Notes under the pieces: generated by a model | Database searches by the model: none | What the model was told of the DNA's origin: nothing | What the model saw: the letters and a program-made list of their open reading frames with translations, nothing else | From: Eledone cirrhosa | Lineage: Eukaryota | DNA length: 64,000 bases | Direction: 5' to 3' | NCBI GenBank assembly: GCA_964016885.1 | Contig: OZ024741.1 | Coordinates: 85,994,001-86,058,000 of the forward strand | Made by a program: the position numbers and the translations under genes | In this document: positions 31,001 to 40,945 of the stretch, piece after piece | Numbering within the stretch: position 1 is the stretch's first letter | Layout of the letters: each line of letters begins with the position of its first letter

Positions 31001-34000
31001 TTTAGTACTGTATATCTGATTTAGTACTGTATATCTGATTCAGTACTGTGTATATCTGATTCAGTACTGTGTATATCTGATTTAGTACTGTGTATATCTG
31101 ATTCAGTACTGTGTATATCTGATTTAGTACTGTGTATATCTGATTCAGCACTGTGTATATCTGATTTAGTACTGTGTATATCTGATTCAGTACTGTGTAT
31201 ATCTGATTTAGTACTGTGTATATCTGATTCAGTACTGTGTATATCTGATTTAGTACTGTTTATATCTAATTCAGTACTGTGTATATCTGATTCAGTACTG
31301 TATATCTGATTTAGTACTATGTATATCTGATTCAGTACTGTGTATATCTGATTCAGTACTGTATATCTGATTTAGTACTGTGTATATCTGATTCAGTACT
31401 GTGTATATCTGATTCAGTACCGTGTATATCTGATTCAGTACTGTGTATATCTGATTTAGTACTGTGTATATCTGATTCAGTACTGTGTATATCTGATTCA
31501 GTACTGTGTATATCTGATTTAGTACTGTGTATATCTGATTCAGTACTGTGTATATCTAATTTAGTACTGTGTATATCTGATTTAGTACTGTCTATATCTG
31601 ATTCAGTACTGTGTATATCTGATTCAGTACTGTGTATATCTGATTCAGTACTGTGTATATCTGATTCAGTACTGTGTATATCTGATTTAGTACTGTGTAT
31701 ATCTGATTCAGTACTGTGTATATCTGATTCAGTACTGTGTATATCTGATTCAGCACTGTGTATATCTGATTTAGTACTGTGTATATCTGATTTAGTACTG
31801 TGTATATCTGATTTAGTACTGTATATCTAATTTAGTACTGTATATCTGATTTAGTACTATATATCTGATTTAGTACTGTATATCTGATTTAGTACTGTAT
31901 ATCTGATTTAGTACTGTATATCTGATTTAGTACTGTATATCTGATTTAATACTGTATATCTGATTCAGTACTGTATATCTGATTTAGTACTGTATATCTG
32001 ATTTAGTACTGTATATCTGATTTAGTACTGTATATCTGATTTAGTACTGTATATCTGATTTAGTACTGTGTATATCTGATTTAGTACTGTATATCTGATT
32101 TAGTACTGTATATCTGATTTAGTACTGTATATCTGATTTAATACTGTATATCTGATTCAGTACTGTGTATATCTGATTCAGTACTGTGTATATCTGATTC
32201 AGTACTGTGTATATCTGGTTTAGTACTATGTATATCTGATTCAGTACTGTATATCTGATTTAGTACTGTGTATATCTGATTCAGTACTGTGTATATCTGA
32301 TTTAGTACTGTGTATATCTGGTTTAGTACTGTATATCTGATTTAGTACTGTGTATATCTGATTCAGTACTGTGTATATCTGATTCAGTACTGTGTATATC
32401 TTATTTAGTACTGTGTAAATCTGATTTAGTACTGTTTATATCTGATTCAGTACTGTTTATATCTGATTCAGTACTGTGTATATCTGATTTAGTACTGTGT
32501 ATATCTGATTCAGTACTGTGTATATCTGATTCAGTACTGTGTATATCTGATTCAGTACTGTGTATATCTGATTCAGTACTGTGTATATCTGATTTAGTAC
32601 TGTGTATATCTGATTTAGTACTGTGTAGATCTGATTTAGTACTGTGTATATCTGATTTACTACTGTGTATATCTGATTCAGTACTGTGTATATCTGATTT
32701 AGTACTGTTTATATCTGATTCAGTACTGTGTATATCTGATTCAGTACTGTATATCTGATTCAGTACTGTGTATATCTGATTCAGTACTGTGTATATCTGA
32801 TTCAGTACTGTGTATATCTGATTCAGTACTGTGTATATCTGATTCAGTACTGTGTATATCTGATTCAGTACTGTTTATATCTGATTCAGTACTGTGTATA
32901 TCTGATTTAGTACTGTGTATATCTGATTCAGTACTGTGTATATCTGATTTAGTACTGTGTAGATCTGATTTAGTACTGTGTATATCTGATTTAGTACTGT
33001 GTATATCTGATTCAGTACTGTGTACATCTGATTTAGTACTGTGTATATCTGATTTAGTACTGTGTATATCTGATTCAGTACTGTGTATATCTGATTCAGT
33101 ACTGTGTATATCTGATTTAGTACTGTGTATATCTGATTTAGTGCTGTATATCTGATTTAGTACTGTATATCTGATTTAGTACTGTATATCTGATTTAGTA
33201 CTGTGTATATCTGATTCAGTACTGTGTATATCTGATTTAGTACTGTATATCTGATTTAGTACTGTGTATATCTGATTTAGTACTGTGTATATCTGATTTA
33301 GTACTGTGTATATCTGATTCAGTACTGTGTATATCTGATTCAGTACTGTATATCTAATTCAGTACTGTGTATATCTGATTCAGTACTGTGTATATCTGAT
33401 TTAGTACTGTGTATATCTGATTCAGTACTGTGTATATCTGATTCAGTACTGTGTATATCTGATTCAGTACTGTGTATATCTGATTCAGTACTGTGTATAT
33501 CTGATTCAGTACTGTGTATATCTGATTCAGTACTGTGTATATCTTATTTAGTACTGTGTAAATCTGATTTAGTACTGTTTATATCTGATTCAGTACTGTT
33601 TATATCTGATTCAGTACTGTGTATATCTGATTTAGTACTGTGTATATCTGATTCAGTACTGTGTATATCTGATTCAGTAGTGTATATCTGATTCAGTACT
33701 GTGTATATCTGATTCAGTACTGTGTATATCTGATTTAGTACTGTGTATATCTGATTTAGTACTGTGTAGATCTGATTTAGTACTGTGTATATCTGATTTA
33801 CTACTGTGTATATCTGATTCAGTACTGTGTATATCTGATTTAGTACTGTTTATATCTGATTCAGTACTGTGTATATCTGATTCAGTACTGTATATCTGAT
33901 TCAGTACTGTGTATATCTGATTCAGTACTGTGTATATCTGATTCAGTACTGTGTATATCTGATTCAGTACTGTGTATATCTGATTCAGTACTGTGTATAT

Positions 34001-35915
34001 CTGATTTAGTACTGTGTAGATCTGATTTAGTACTGTGTATATCTGATTTAGTACTGTGTATATCTGATTCAGTACTGTGTACATCTGATTTAGTACTGTG
34101 TATATCTGATTTAGTACTGTATATCTGATTTAGTACTGTGTATATCTGATTCAGTACTGTGTATATCTGATTTAGTACTGTGTATATCTGATTCAGTACT
34201 GTGTATATCTGATTTAGTACTGTATATCTGATTTAGTACTGTATATCTGATTTAGTACTGTGTATATCTGATTCAGTACTGTGTATATCTGATTTAGTAC
34301 TGTATATCTGATTTAGTACTGTGTATATCTGATTTAGTACTGTGTATATCTGATTTAGTACTGTATATCTTATTCAGTACTATGTATATCTGATTCAGTA
34401 CTGTGTATATCTGATTCAGTACTGTATATCTGATTTAGTACTGTATATCTGATTTAGTACTGTATATCTGATTTAGTACTGTGTATATCTGATTTAGTAC
34501 TGTATATCTGATTCAGTACTGTGTATATCTGATTCAGTACTGTGTATATCTGATTCAGTACTGTATATCTGATTCAGTACTGTGTATATCTGATTCAGTA
34601 CTGTGTATATCTGATTTAGTACTGTGTATATCTGATTCAGTACTGTGTATATCTGATTCAGTACTGTGTATATCTGATTCAGTACTGTGTATATCTGATT
34701 CAGTACTGTGTATATCTGATTCAGTACTGTGTATATCTGATTCAGTACTGTGTATATCTAATTCAGTACTGTGTATATCTGATTTAGTACTGTGTATATC
34801 TGATTCAGTACTGTGTATATCTGATTCAGTACTGTGTATATCTGATTCAGTACTGTGTATATCTGATTCAGTACTGTGTATATCTGATTCAGTACTGTGT
34901 ATATCTGATTCAGTACTGTGTATATCTGATTTAGTACTGTGTATATCTGATTCAGTACTGTGTATATTTGATTTAGTACTGTGTATATCTGATTCAGCAC
35001 TGTGTATATCTGATTTAGTACTGTTTATATCTGATTCAGTACTGTGTATATCTGATTTAGTACTGTTTATATCTGATTCAGTACTGTGTATATCTGATTC
35101 AGTACTGTGTATATCTGATTCAGTACTGTATATCTGATTTAGTACTGTATATCTGATTCAGTACTGTGTATATCTGATTCAGTACTGTGTATATCTGATT
35201 CAGTACTGTATATCTGATTTAGTACTGTGTATATCTGATTCAGTACTGTGTATATCTGATTCAGTACTGTGTATATCTGATTTAGTACTGTATATCTGAT
35301 TCAGTACTGTGTATATCTGATTTAGTACTATGTATATCTGATTCAGTACTGTGTATATCTGATATAGCACTGTGTATATCTGATTTAGTACTGTGTATAT
35401 GTGATTTAGTACTGTGTATATCTGATTCATTACTGTGTATATCTGATTTAGTACTGTTTATATCTGATTCAGTACTGTATATCTGATTTAGTACTGTGTA
35501 TATCTGATTTAGTACTGTGTATATCTGATTTAGTACTGTGTATATCTGATTTAGTACTGTGTATATCTGATTTAGTACTGTGTATATCTGATTTAGTACT
35601 GTGTATATCTGATTTAGTACTGTGCATATCTGATTCAGTACTGTGTATATCTGATTCAGTACTGTATATCTGATTTAGTACTGTGTATATCTGATTCAGT
35701 ACTGTGTATATCTGATTTAGTACCGTGTATATCTGATTCAGTACTGTGTATATCTGATTTAGTACTGTGTATATCTGATTCAGTACTGTGTATGTCTGAT
35801 TCAGTACTGTGTATATCTGGTTTAGTACTATGTATATCCAATTTAGTATTGTATGTGTCTGATTCACTACTGCATATATCTGGTTTAGTACTGTATATAT
35901 ATCTAGTTTAGTAAC
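10100..35915. repeat. Satellite array of 19/21-bp units TCTGATTYAGTACTGT(GT)ATA, about 25.8 kb
   Basis: More than 1200 tandem units (length divided by unit size), nearly all with AGTACT; homogeneous centre and degenerate edges (10100-10330, 35790-35915). Confidence 0.99.
11567..34543. repeat. Higher-order tandem duplication within the satellite: two ~11.4-11.6 kb copies
   Basis: Rare variant units and identical ORF calls recur at +11430 (12014/23444, 13417/24847, 16333/27763, 19158/30588) and at +11608 after a rearranged segment (22066/33674); boundaries approximate. Confidence 0.92.
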
Positions 35916-35956
<41 letters not shown>

Positions 35957-35974
35957 AGGCTTAGATCTGTATAT

Positions 35975-37475
35975 ATCATCATCATCATCATCATCACCGT
36001 TTTACGTCCGTTCTTCCACGCTAGCATGGGTTAGACAGGTTGTCCTGTTGTGGGCAGTGTCTGGTCGGCTGACCATGCCTTGCTCATACAGGAACTGATC
36101 TGGCTTGATTTCTACAGCTGGATGCCCTTCCTAACACCAACCTCATTTACAGTGAGTGCTGGGTGCTTTTTCGTGGCGCCTACACGTCCACTTTACAGTG
36201 TGGGCTGGGTGCTTTTTTGCCGTGGCACCTCCACGGCCACCTTGCGGTGGGGGGGGGGGGGGGGGGGGGGCATATTGTTTATATGCTTCAGCATGTACCC
36301 ATGGGAGGTCGGGTACCCTGTATTACTGCGTGACGCCAGAAGTCACGGTCGTGTGTCATTGACTTTGAGAGGTGTAGTTGGGTAAGGTCGGCTTTTATCA
36401 CCTCATCCCAAGTCATCTTGGGTCTCCCCACTCCGCGGTTTCCATCAACTTCTAGTGCTCTGCACCTTTTTATGCAGCTGTCATCCTTCATACGCATCAC
36501 ATGTCCATACCAGCGTAACCGCCTCTCCTGCACGCAGCATTTGATTCCTCTTATGCTCAGTCTCTCTCTCAATTCCTTTATGCTTTGTCGTTCACGTATA
36601 TTACTGTTACACATCCATCGGAGCATGCAGGCTTCGTTTCTCTCTAATCTACGTAAGTCTTCCACCTTCAGCGCCCAGGTCTCGCTACCATGCAACATCG
36701 CTGTTCGGATACACGCATCATACAGTCTGCCTTTCATTCTGAGGGAGAAGCCTTTTGCAGCTAGCAGTGGTAGTAGTTCCCTAAACTTCTTCCATCCCGT
36801 TCTTACCCTAGTTATTGTACTTTCTGAGCACCCACCTCCGTTGCTAATTCGGTCACCTAGGTAGCAGAAGCTGTCTACTGTTTCTACAGGGCCCTCCCAG
36901 AGATTGGTGGTACTTGTTTCCTGTGGCTGTTTGCTTGCTGTTTCAGCACAGCTGCTGCATGTGAATCCTACATTCTTAATTAAGCTTCCTGAGATCCCGC
37001 TACATCTCTTGTGTACCCATTGTTTGCATTTGGGGCAGAGAATGGAGTTCCTACCTACACCTTTCCTACATACTGAGCAAGGCCATTTCCCTGAGGGGAT
37101 CTGGGTTCTGTTTTCTCGTCTACTTACAAGGACCTTAGTCTTTGTCATGTTGACTTTGAGGCCCTTTCTCTCTAGTCCCTGCTTCCAGGTTTGGAATTTA
37201 TTCTCTAGTTCTACCATAGATTCAGTTATGAGTGCGAGGTCATCAGCATACAGGAGTTCCCATGGGCATCCGGTCTTAAACTCCTCCGTTATTGCCTGCA
37301 GGACTATGATGAACAGGAGAGGGCTAAGAACAGAGCCCTGGTGGACCCCAACCTGTACGCTAAATTCCTCGCTATACTCATTGCCAATCCTAACTTTGCT
37401 GACTGCTCCCCTATACATGGCTTGTACCGCTTTCACAAGCCATTCATCTACTCCTAGTTTTCTAAGAGCCCACCA
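35975..37475 (-). mobile_element. 5'-truncated RTE-clade LINE, family A, with 3' UTR and (TGA)n tail
   Basis: Reverse complement of about 53092-54590; (ATC)n at 35975-35996 on +; match stops at ...agagcccacca (37475). Confidence 0.96.
36288..37475 (-). pseudogene. C-terminal RT fragment of the family A ORF (truncated, frame open)
   Basis: GVHQGSVLSPLLF, YADD, PHD-like insert, FCYLG; translation matches the 51162-54281 protein except ITESM vs IAESM. Confidence 0.93.
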
Positions 37476-37489
37476 AAATCACTTGTTAT

Positions 37490-37735
37490 AATTGTATATC
37501 TGACTTAGTATTGTATATATCTGGTTTAGTACTGTGTATATATGACTTTGTACAGTATATTTGGGTTAGTATTGTATATCTGGTTTATATCTGGTTTAGT
37601 ACTGTGTATATCTGGTTTAGTAATGTGAATGTATGGTTTAGTAATGTGTATATTTGGTTTAGTACTGTGTATGTGTTTGTTTAGTACTGTGCCAATATGA
37701 TTTAGTACTGTATATATGGTTTAGTACTGTATGTG
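37490..37735. repeat. Degenerate continuation of the 19/21-bp satellite beyond the LINE insertion
   Basis: Units such as tctggtttagtactgtgtata and tgatttagtactgtata resume after the LINE 5' end. Confidence 0.9.
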
Positions 37736-37778
37736 TTCAGTTTAGAAAAATACACTGTATCCTTGCATTTTATATTAG

Positions 37779-37897
37779 GAGGAGCATCCATCAGAAAACC
37801 ATTGTATAAAAGAGTACCCTATGATGGGTATGAATCCTATCACAGAACCAACAAGACTAACACTACATTAGCAGGGAAAATTACCTTAAAATGTATG
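37779..37897 (+). CDS. Candidate isolated internal host exon (119 bp), product unknown
   Basis: Acceptor ccttgcattttatattag|GA, donor ATG|gtatgt; only one open frame (GASIRKPLYKRVPYDGYESYHRTNKTNTTLAGKITLKCM); non-repetitive sequence. Confidence 0.35.
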
Positions 37898-38139
37898 GTA
37901 TGTGTATGCATATGTATATATGAATATGCTTTCTACTGTATCAACTCATGAGTTGTAGGTGTTTTTTTTTCTCTCTGTAACACAACAGCTATGGATGACC
38001 TGCAAAAGTACATGAGCATTGCCCTTCACCACTTAGTAACCCTTAACAATTTTAATAACAGAGAAAGCACTATGACCAACCTGCTAGAAATAACAGCCTT
38101 TTAATTTTTTAATTTTACTATTTTGTGAGGGAAGAAAGG

Positions 38140-38345
38140 GCCATTCTTGTGACTCTTTTCTGGGCTTCAAAGACTGGTGGGAAGGAAAGGCAGTACCCAT
38201 GACTCTTTTCAGGGCCTCCAAGACTGGTACAAACGAAGAGCAGTGCTCATGACCTTTTTCAGGACCTCCAAGACTAATAGGAAGGAGGGATAGTACCTAT
38301 AACACTTTTGGGCATTTGAGACTTGTGCGAGGGAAGTAGAAGTAT
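38140..38345. repeat. Degenerate ~50-bp tandem repeat, about 4 copies
   Basis: Recurring tgactcttttc-gggc-tc-aagactggt...gaag...cagtac: gactcttttctgggcttcaaagactgg, gactcttttcagggcctccaagactgg, gacctttttcaggacctccaagact, aacacttttgggcatttgagact. Confidence 0.75.
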
Positions 38346-38459
38346 CCTTAAACCAGAGTGTTGGCTTGAATTCTTGCAACAAAGTGGACTCCACTAAAAG
38401 CACCCAAGGACCAGGTAATAATGTTAAACAGGAGGGAGGTTTAAGTCCATCATGCTAGT

Positions 38460-38550
38460 AGGCCATAGCAGGATTTGAATTTAAAGAGCCAGAACAAATA
38501 CAGCAAGACATCATGTCTGACACTCACAATTCCTCCAATCTGCTAGCCAC
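38460..38550 (-). mobile_element. Decayed tRNA-derived SINE head
   Basis: Minus strand ggctagcagattggaggaattgtgagtgtcagacatgatgtcttgctgtatttgttctggctctttaaattcaaatcctgc has degenerate A-box and B-box (ttcaaatcc) spacing; resembles octopus tRNA-SINE heads from memory. Confidence 0.5.
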
Positions 38551-38700
38551 AAGAGCAATAATTCATAACAACAATACCCAAACCCACCACCAGCATAACA
38601 AAAACATCAACAACATATTTTTCTCCTCCTCCTCCCTATGCTACAATGCCACGACCACCATCACCATCACCACCATCACCATCACCACCATCACCATTAC

Positions 38701-38878
38701 CACCACAAATGATAAAGGAAGCTGGATTACAAGAAAATTATTTCAGCAATTTCTCAACATAACAACAACAACAGCATATTAACCTCTAACAACCCAAACC
38801 CCACTATCACTACCCCACAGATCATAAAGGAAGCTGGTTTACATGAGAATTATTTCAACAATCTCTCAACACCAACCA
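38701..38878. repeat. Two diverged ~60-bp direct repeats about 112 bp apart in CAC/CAA-rich DNA
   Basis: ataaaggaagctggattacaagaaaattatttcagcaatttctcaaca vs ataaaggaagctggtttacatgagaattatttcaacaatctctcaaca. Confidence 0.85.
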
Positions 38879-39026
38879 GCCAAGTGGAAGGAGAGAGAGA
38901 GATTACTAAGATTGTCTTTTTACAATCTACAATGGCTTTACTTAGACCAATCATCTGCTGATATATAAATATATATATATATATACGATATTAAATAAAT
39001 GGAAACTATATTTATAAAACCATATT

Positions 39027-39093
39027 TATTTCACTATATATATTTCAGGGATATCATATTAAAAAATATGGTATGCCTTCTTCAGACAAAATA
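39027..39093 (-). ncRNA. Degenerate minimal type I hammerhead ribozyme (Penelope-like element type)
   Basis: Minus strand: tattttgt CTGAAGA aggcataccatatt(loop)aatatgatatccct GAAA tatata TA gtgaaata. Intact core, stem II 12/14 paired, palindromic mini stem III, stem I with 5 Watson-Crick and 3 G-U pairs. Confidence 0.7.
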
Positions 39094-39189
39094 CAATATA
39101 AACAGTCTTATAAATAGATAGATTTGACATACCTTACAACTTCAATTTCCATTTAAAAAGTTGATTTGGTAGTGAAAAATGTTAGGGAC

Positions 39190-39440
39190 AGTTATAAAAA
39201 GAAAGAAAGAAAAAAAAGAAAGAAAAAAAGCGAAGAAAAAGAAGAAATGCATGCAACTAAATAGAGAGAGATAGATATAGAGAGATAGATAGAGAGAAGA
39301 AATTCATGTAAAGAAACAGAGAGAGATAGATAGAGAGAGAAAAACCACAGAGGGAGATAGATAGAGAGAGAGAGAGAGAAGAGAGAGAGAGAAAAAATAG
39401 AGAGAGATAGATATAGATAGAGATAGAGAGAAAGAAAATA
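39190..39440. repeat. Purine-rich (GAAA)n/(GA)n/(GATA)n simple repeats
   Basis: aaagaaagaaag... and gagagagatagatagagag... runs. Confidence 0.9.
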
Positions 39441-39760
39441 GGTAGTTGGGCACCAGTTGAATGACGTATCAATGATATATTTATTTATTTATTTATTTAG
39501 TTCTAGTATTAAGGTAGAGAGAGATATATGTGGTTAGGAGAGGAAACAGCCGTTACATAGAGAGAAAAGAAAAATATCCAGACATAAACGAGGCAGATTT
39601 AAAACATTATGTTTCATCAATGTAAAAATATCAATTCGTATGAATTAGGTATTATAATGTAAATATCAGTATTCATGAATGAGACACGTATCAATAATGT
39701 GTGAAAAATAATGATCATATGTCTAGTTTAAAATTCCTAGGTTTATATCAGAGTTGAGTT

Positions 39761-39850
39761 AAAAAACTGAGATAAAAAAAACTGAGATAAAAACTGAGAT
39801 AAAAAAAAAACTGAGATAAAAACTGAGATAAAAAAAACTGAGATAAAAAA
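39761..39850. repeat. Six copies of (A)nCTGAGAT
   Basis: ctgagat at about 39767, 39782, 39794, 39811, 39823 and 39838, separated by variable A runs. Confidence 0.9.
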
Positions 39851-40567
39851 CTTCAAAAAAATTGAAATACATAAGTATATATGCACTTTCATGAAAAAAG
39901 AAAAAAAGAAAAAAGAAAAAAAGAAAAAAGAAAAAGAAAAAGAAAATAGAAGGTTATCCCAGATTCGATACTATAGACTTCCATGTGAATTTACGTGATC
40001 AACTCTGCAAATTCCTATTTCACATGAAAACATTCTCATTGTGCTATAAAAATTCTAGTATACATATATGTGTACATACACACAAATATATATAGAATCT
40101 ACATTAATTTTAACAATACTATTCTTGTCTTTACTCTACATGATTATCGTTCAAGCATAAATAGACAACAGATATCAATATATCATTAAAAATATCAAAA
40201 AATTAAAAAATATTAAAAATAAAACACAGTATGCCCCGCAAATCAACCACAGAGATCAACCCTTCAAAATTAATTGACAATATATTGCCAAGTTCATTAT
40301 AAGCATCAGAATCAAAAGCAAACAAAACCAAAATTATTTACCAAATCCTGTCTAGCAGAAATCATTCCAAAAGTTTAGGATACCCATTTGATCTACAGAT
40401 GGTCTTATATTTATTATAGAAGTTTATCTAGTGTAAAATTTATTCGATATATTTGGAGCATCAGCTTTTAGGGTAGTTTAATTATTCATGAAGAATGTTT
40501 AAAAAAAAGAGAAATCGAAAGATTTATCGGCGAGTTTCATAAATAATTATAAATCAAAGTAAATATA

Positions 40568-40789
40568 CTACATTTTAAATTTATATTTATATTTAAAAGT
40601 TGAGTTCAATCTATGTCTGCAGCAACTGAATAAATTTGTCCGTAAATTAAGGGAATTTTTAGATTTTAGTATAAAGAATATCTCCTCCGCGCAGAGGTCA
40701 CATGTCTCAGAGGATGAATTAAAAGGAATCCCTCTTGAGACTATATTCCAAGACGTCGAATATCCAACGTTATCATGCTTAAGTTGCAT

Positions 40790-40792
<3 letters not shown>
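40568..40792 (-). pseudogene. C-terminal remnant of a Penelope-like retroelement GIY-YIG endonuclease
   Basis: [60 protein letters not shown] matches the LK..Y...W.I......CxLCxxE..I...LNxR....CRH pattern recalled from invertebrate PLE ORF ends; starts directly at a (TA)n tract. Confidence 0.72.
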
Positions 40793-40835
<43 letters not shown>

Positions 40836-40892
40836 TATATACATATACATATATATATACACATATATATATATATACATATATATATACAC

Positions 40893-40944
<52 letters not shown>
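40793..40944. repeat. (TA)n/(TACA) microsatellite
   Basis: Direct observation; lies between the PLE remnant and the LINE tail. Confidence 0.97.

Positions 40945-40945
<1 letters not shown>

Noticed and set aside
12014-35867. ORFs made of VLNQIYT / STESDIH / CISDSVL repeats
   Set aside because: Translations of runs of 21-bp satellite units, broken wherever a 19-bp unit occurs
10100-35915. CRISPR-like appearance (short palindromic repeats)
   Set aside because: Units are head-to-tail with no unique spacers, no cas genes, eukaryotic context
35950-37500. Target-site duplications for this and the other LINE copies
   Set aside because: No convincing direct repeat; in (TA)n flanks a TSD cannot be told apart from the tract
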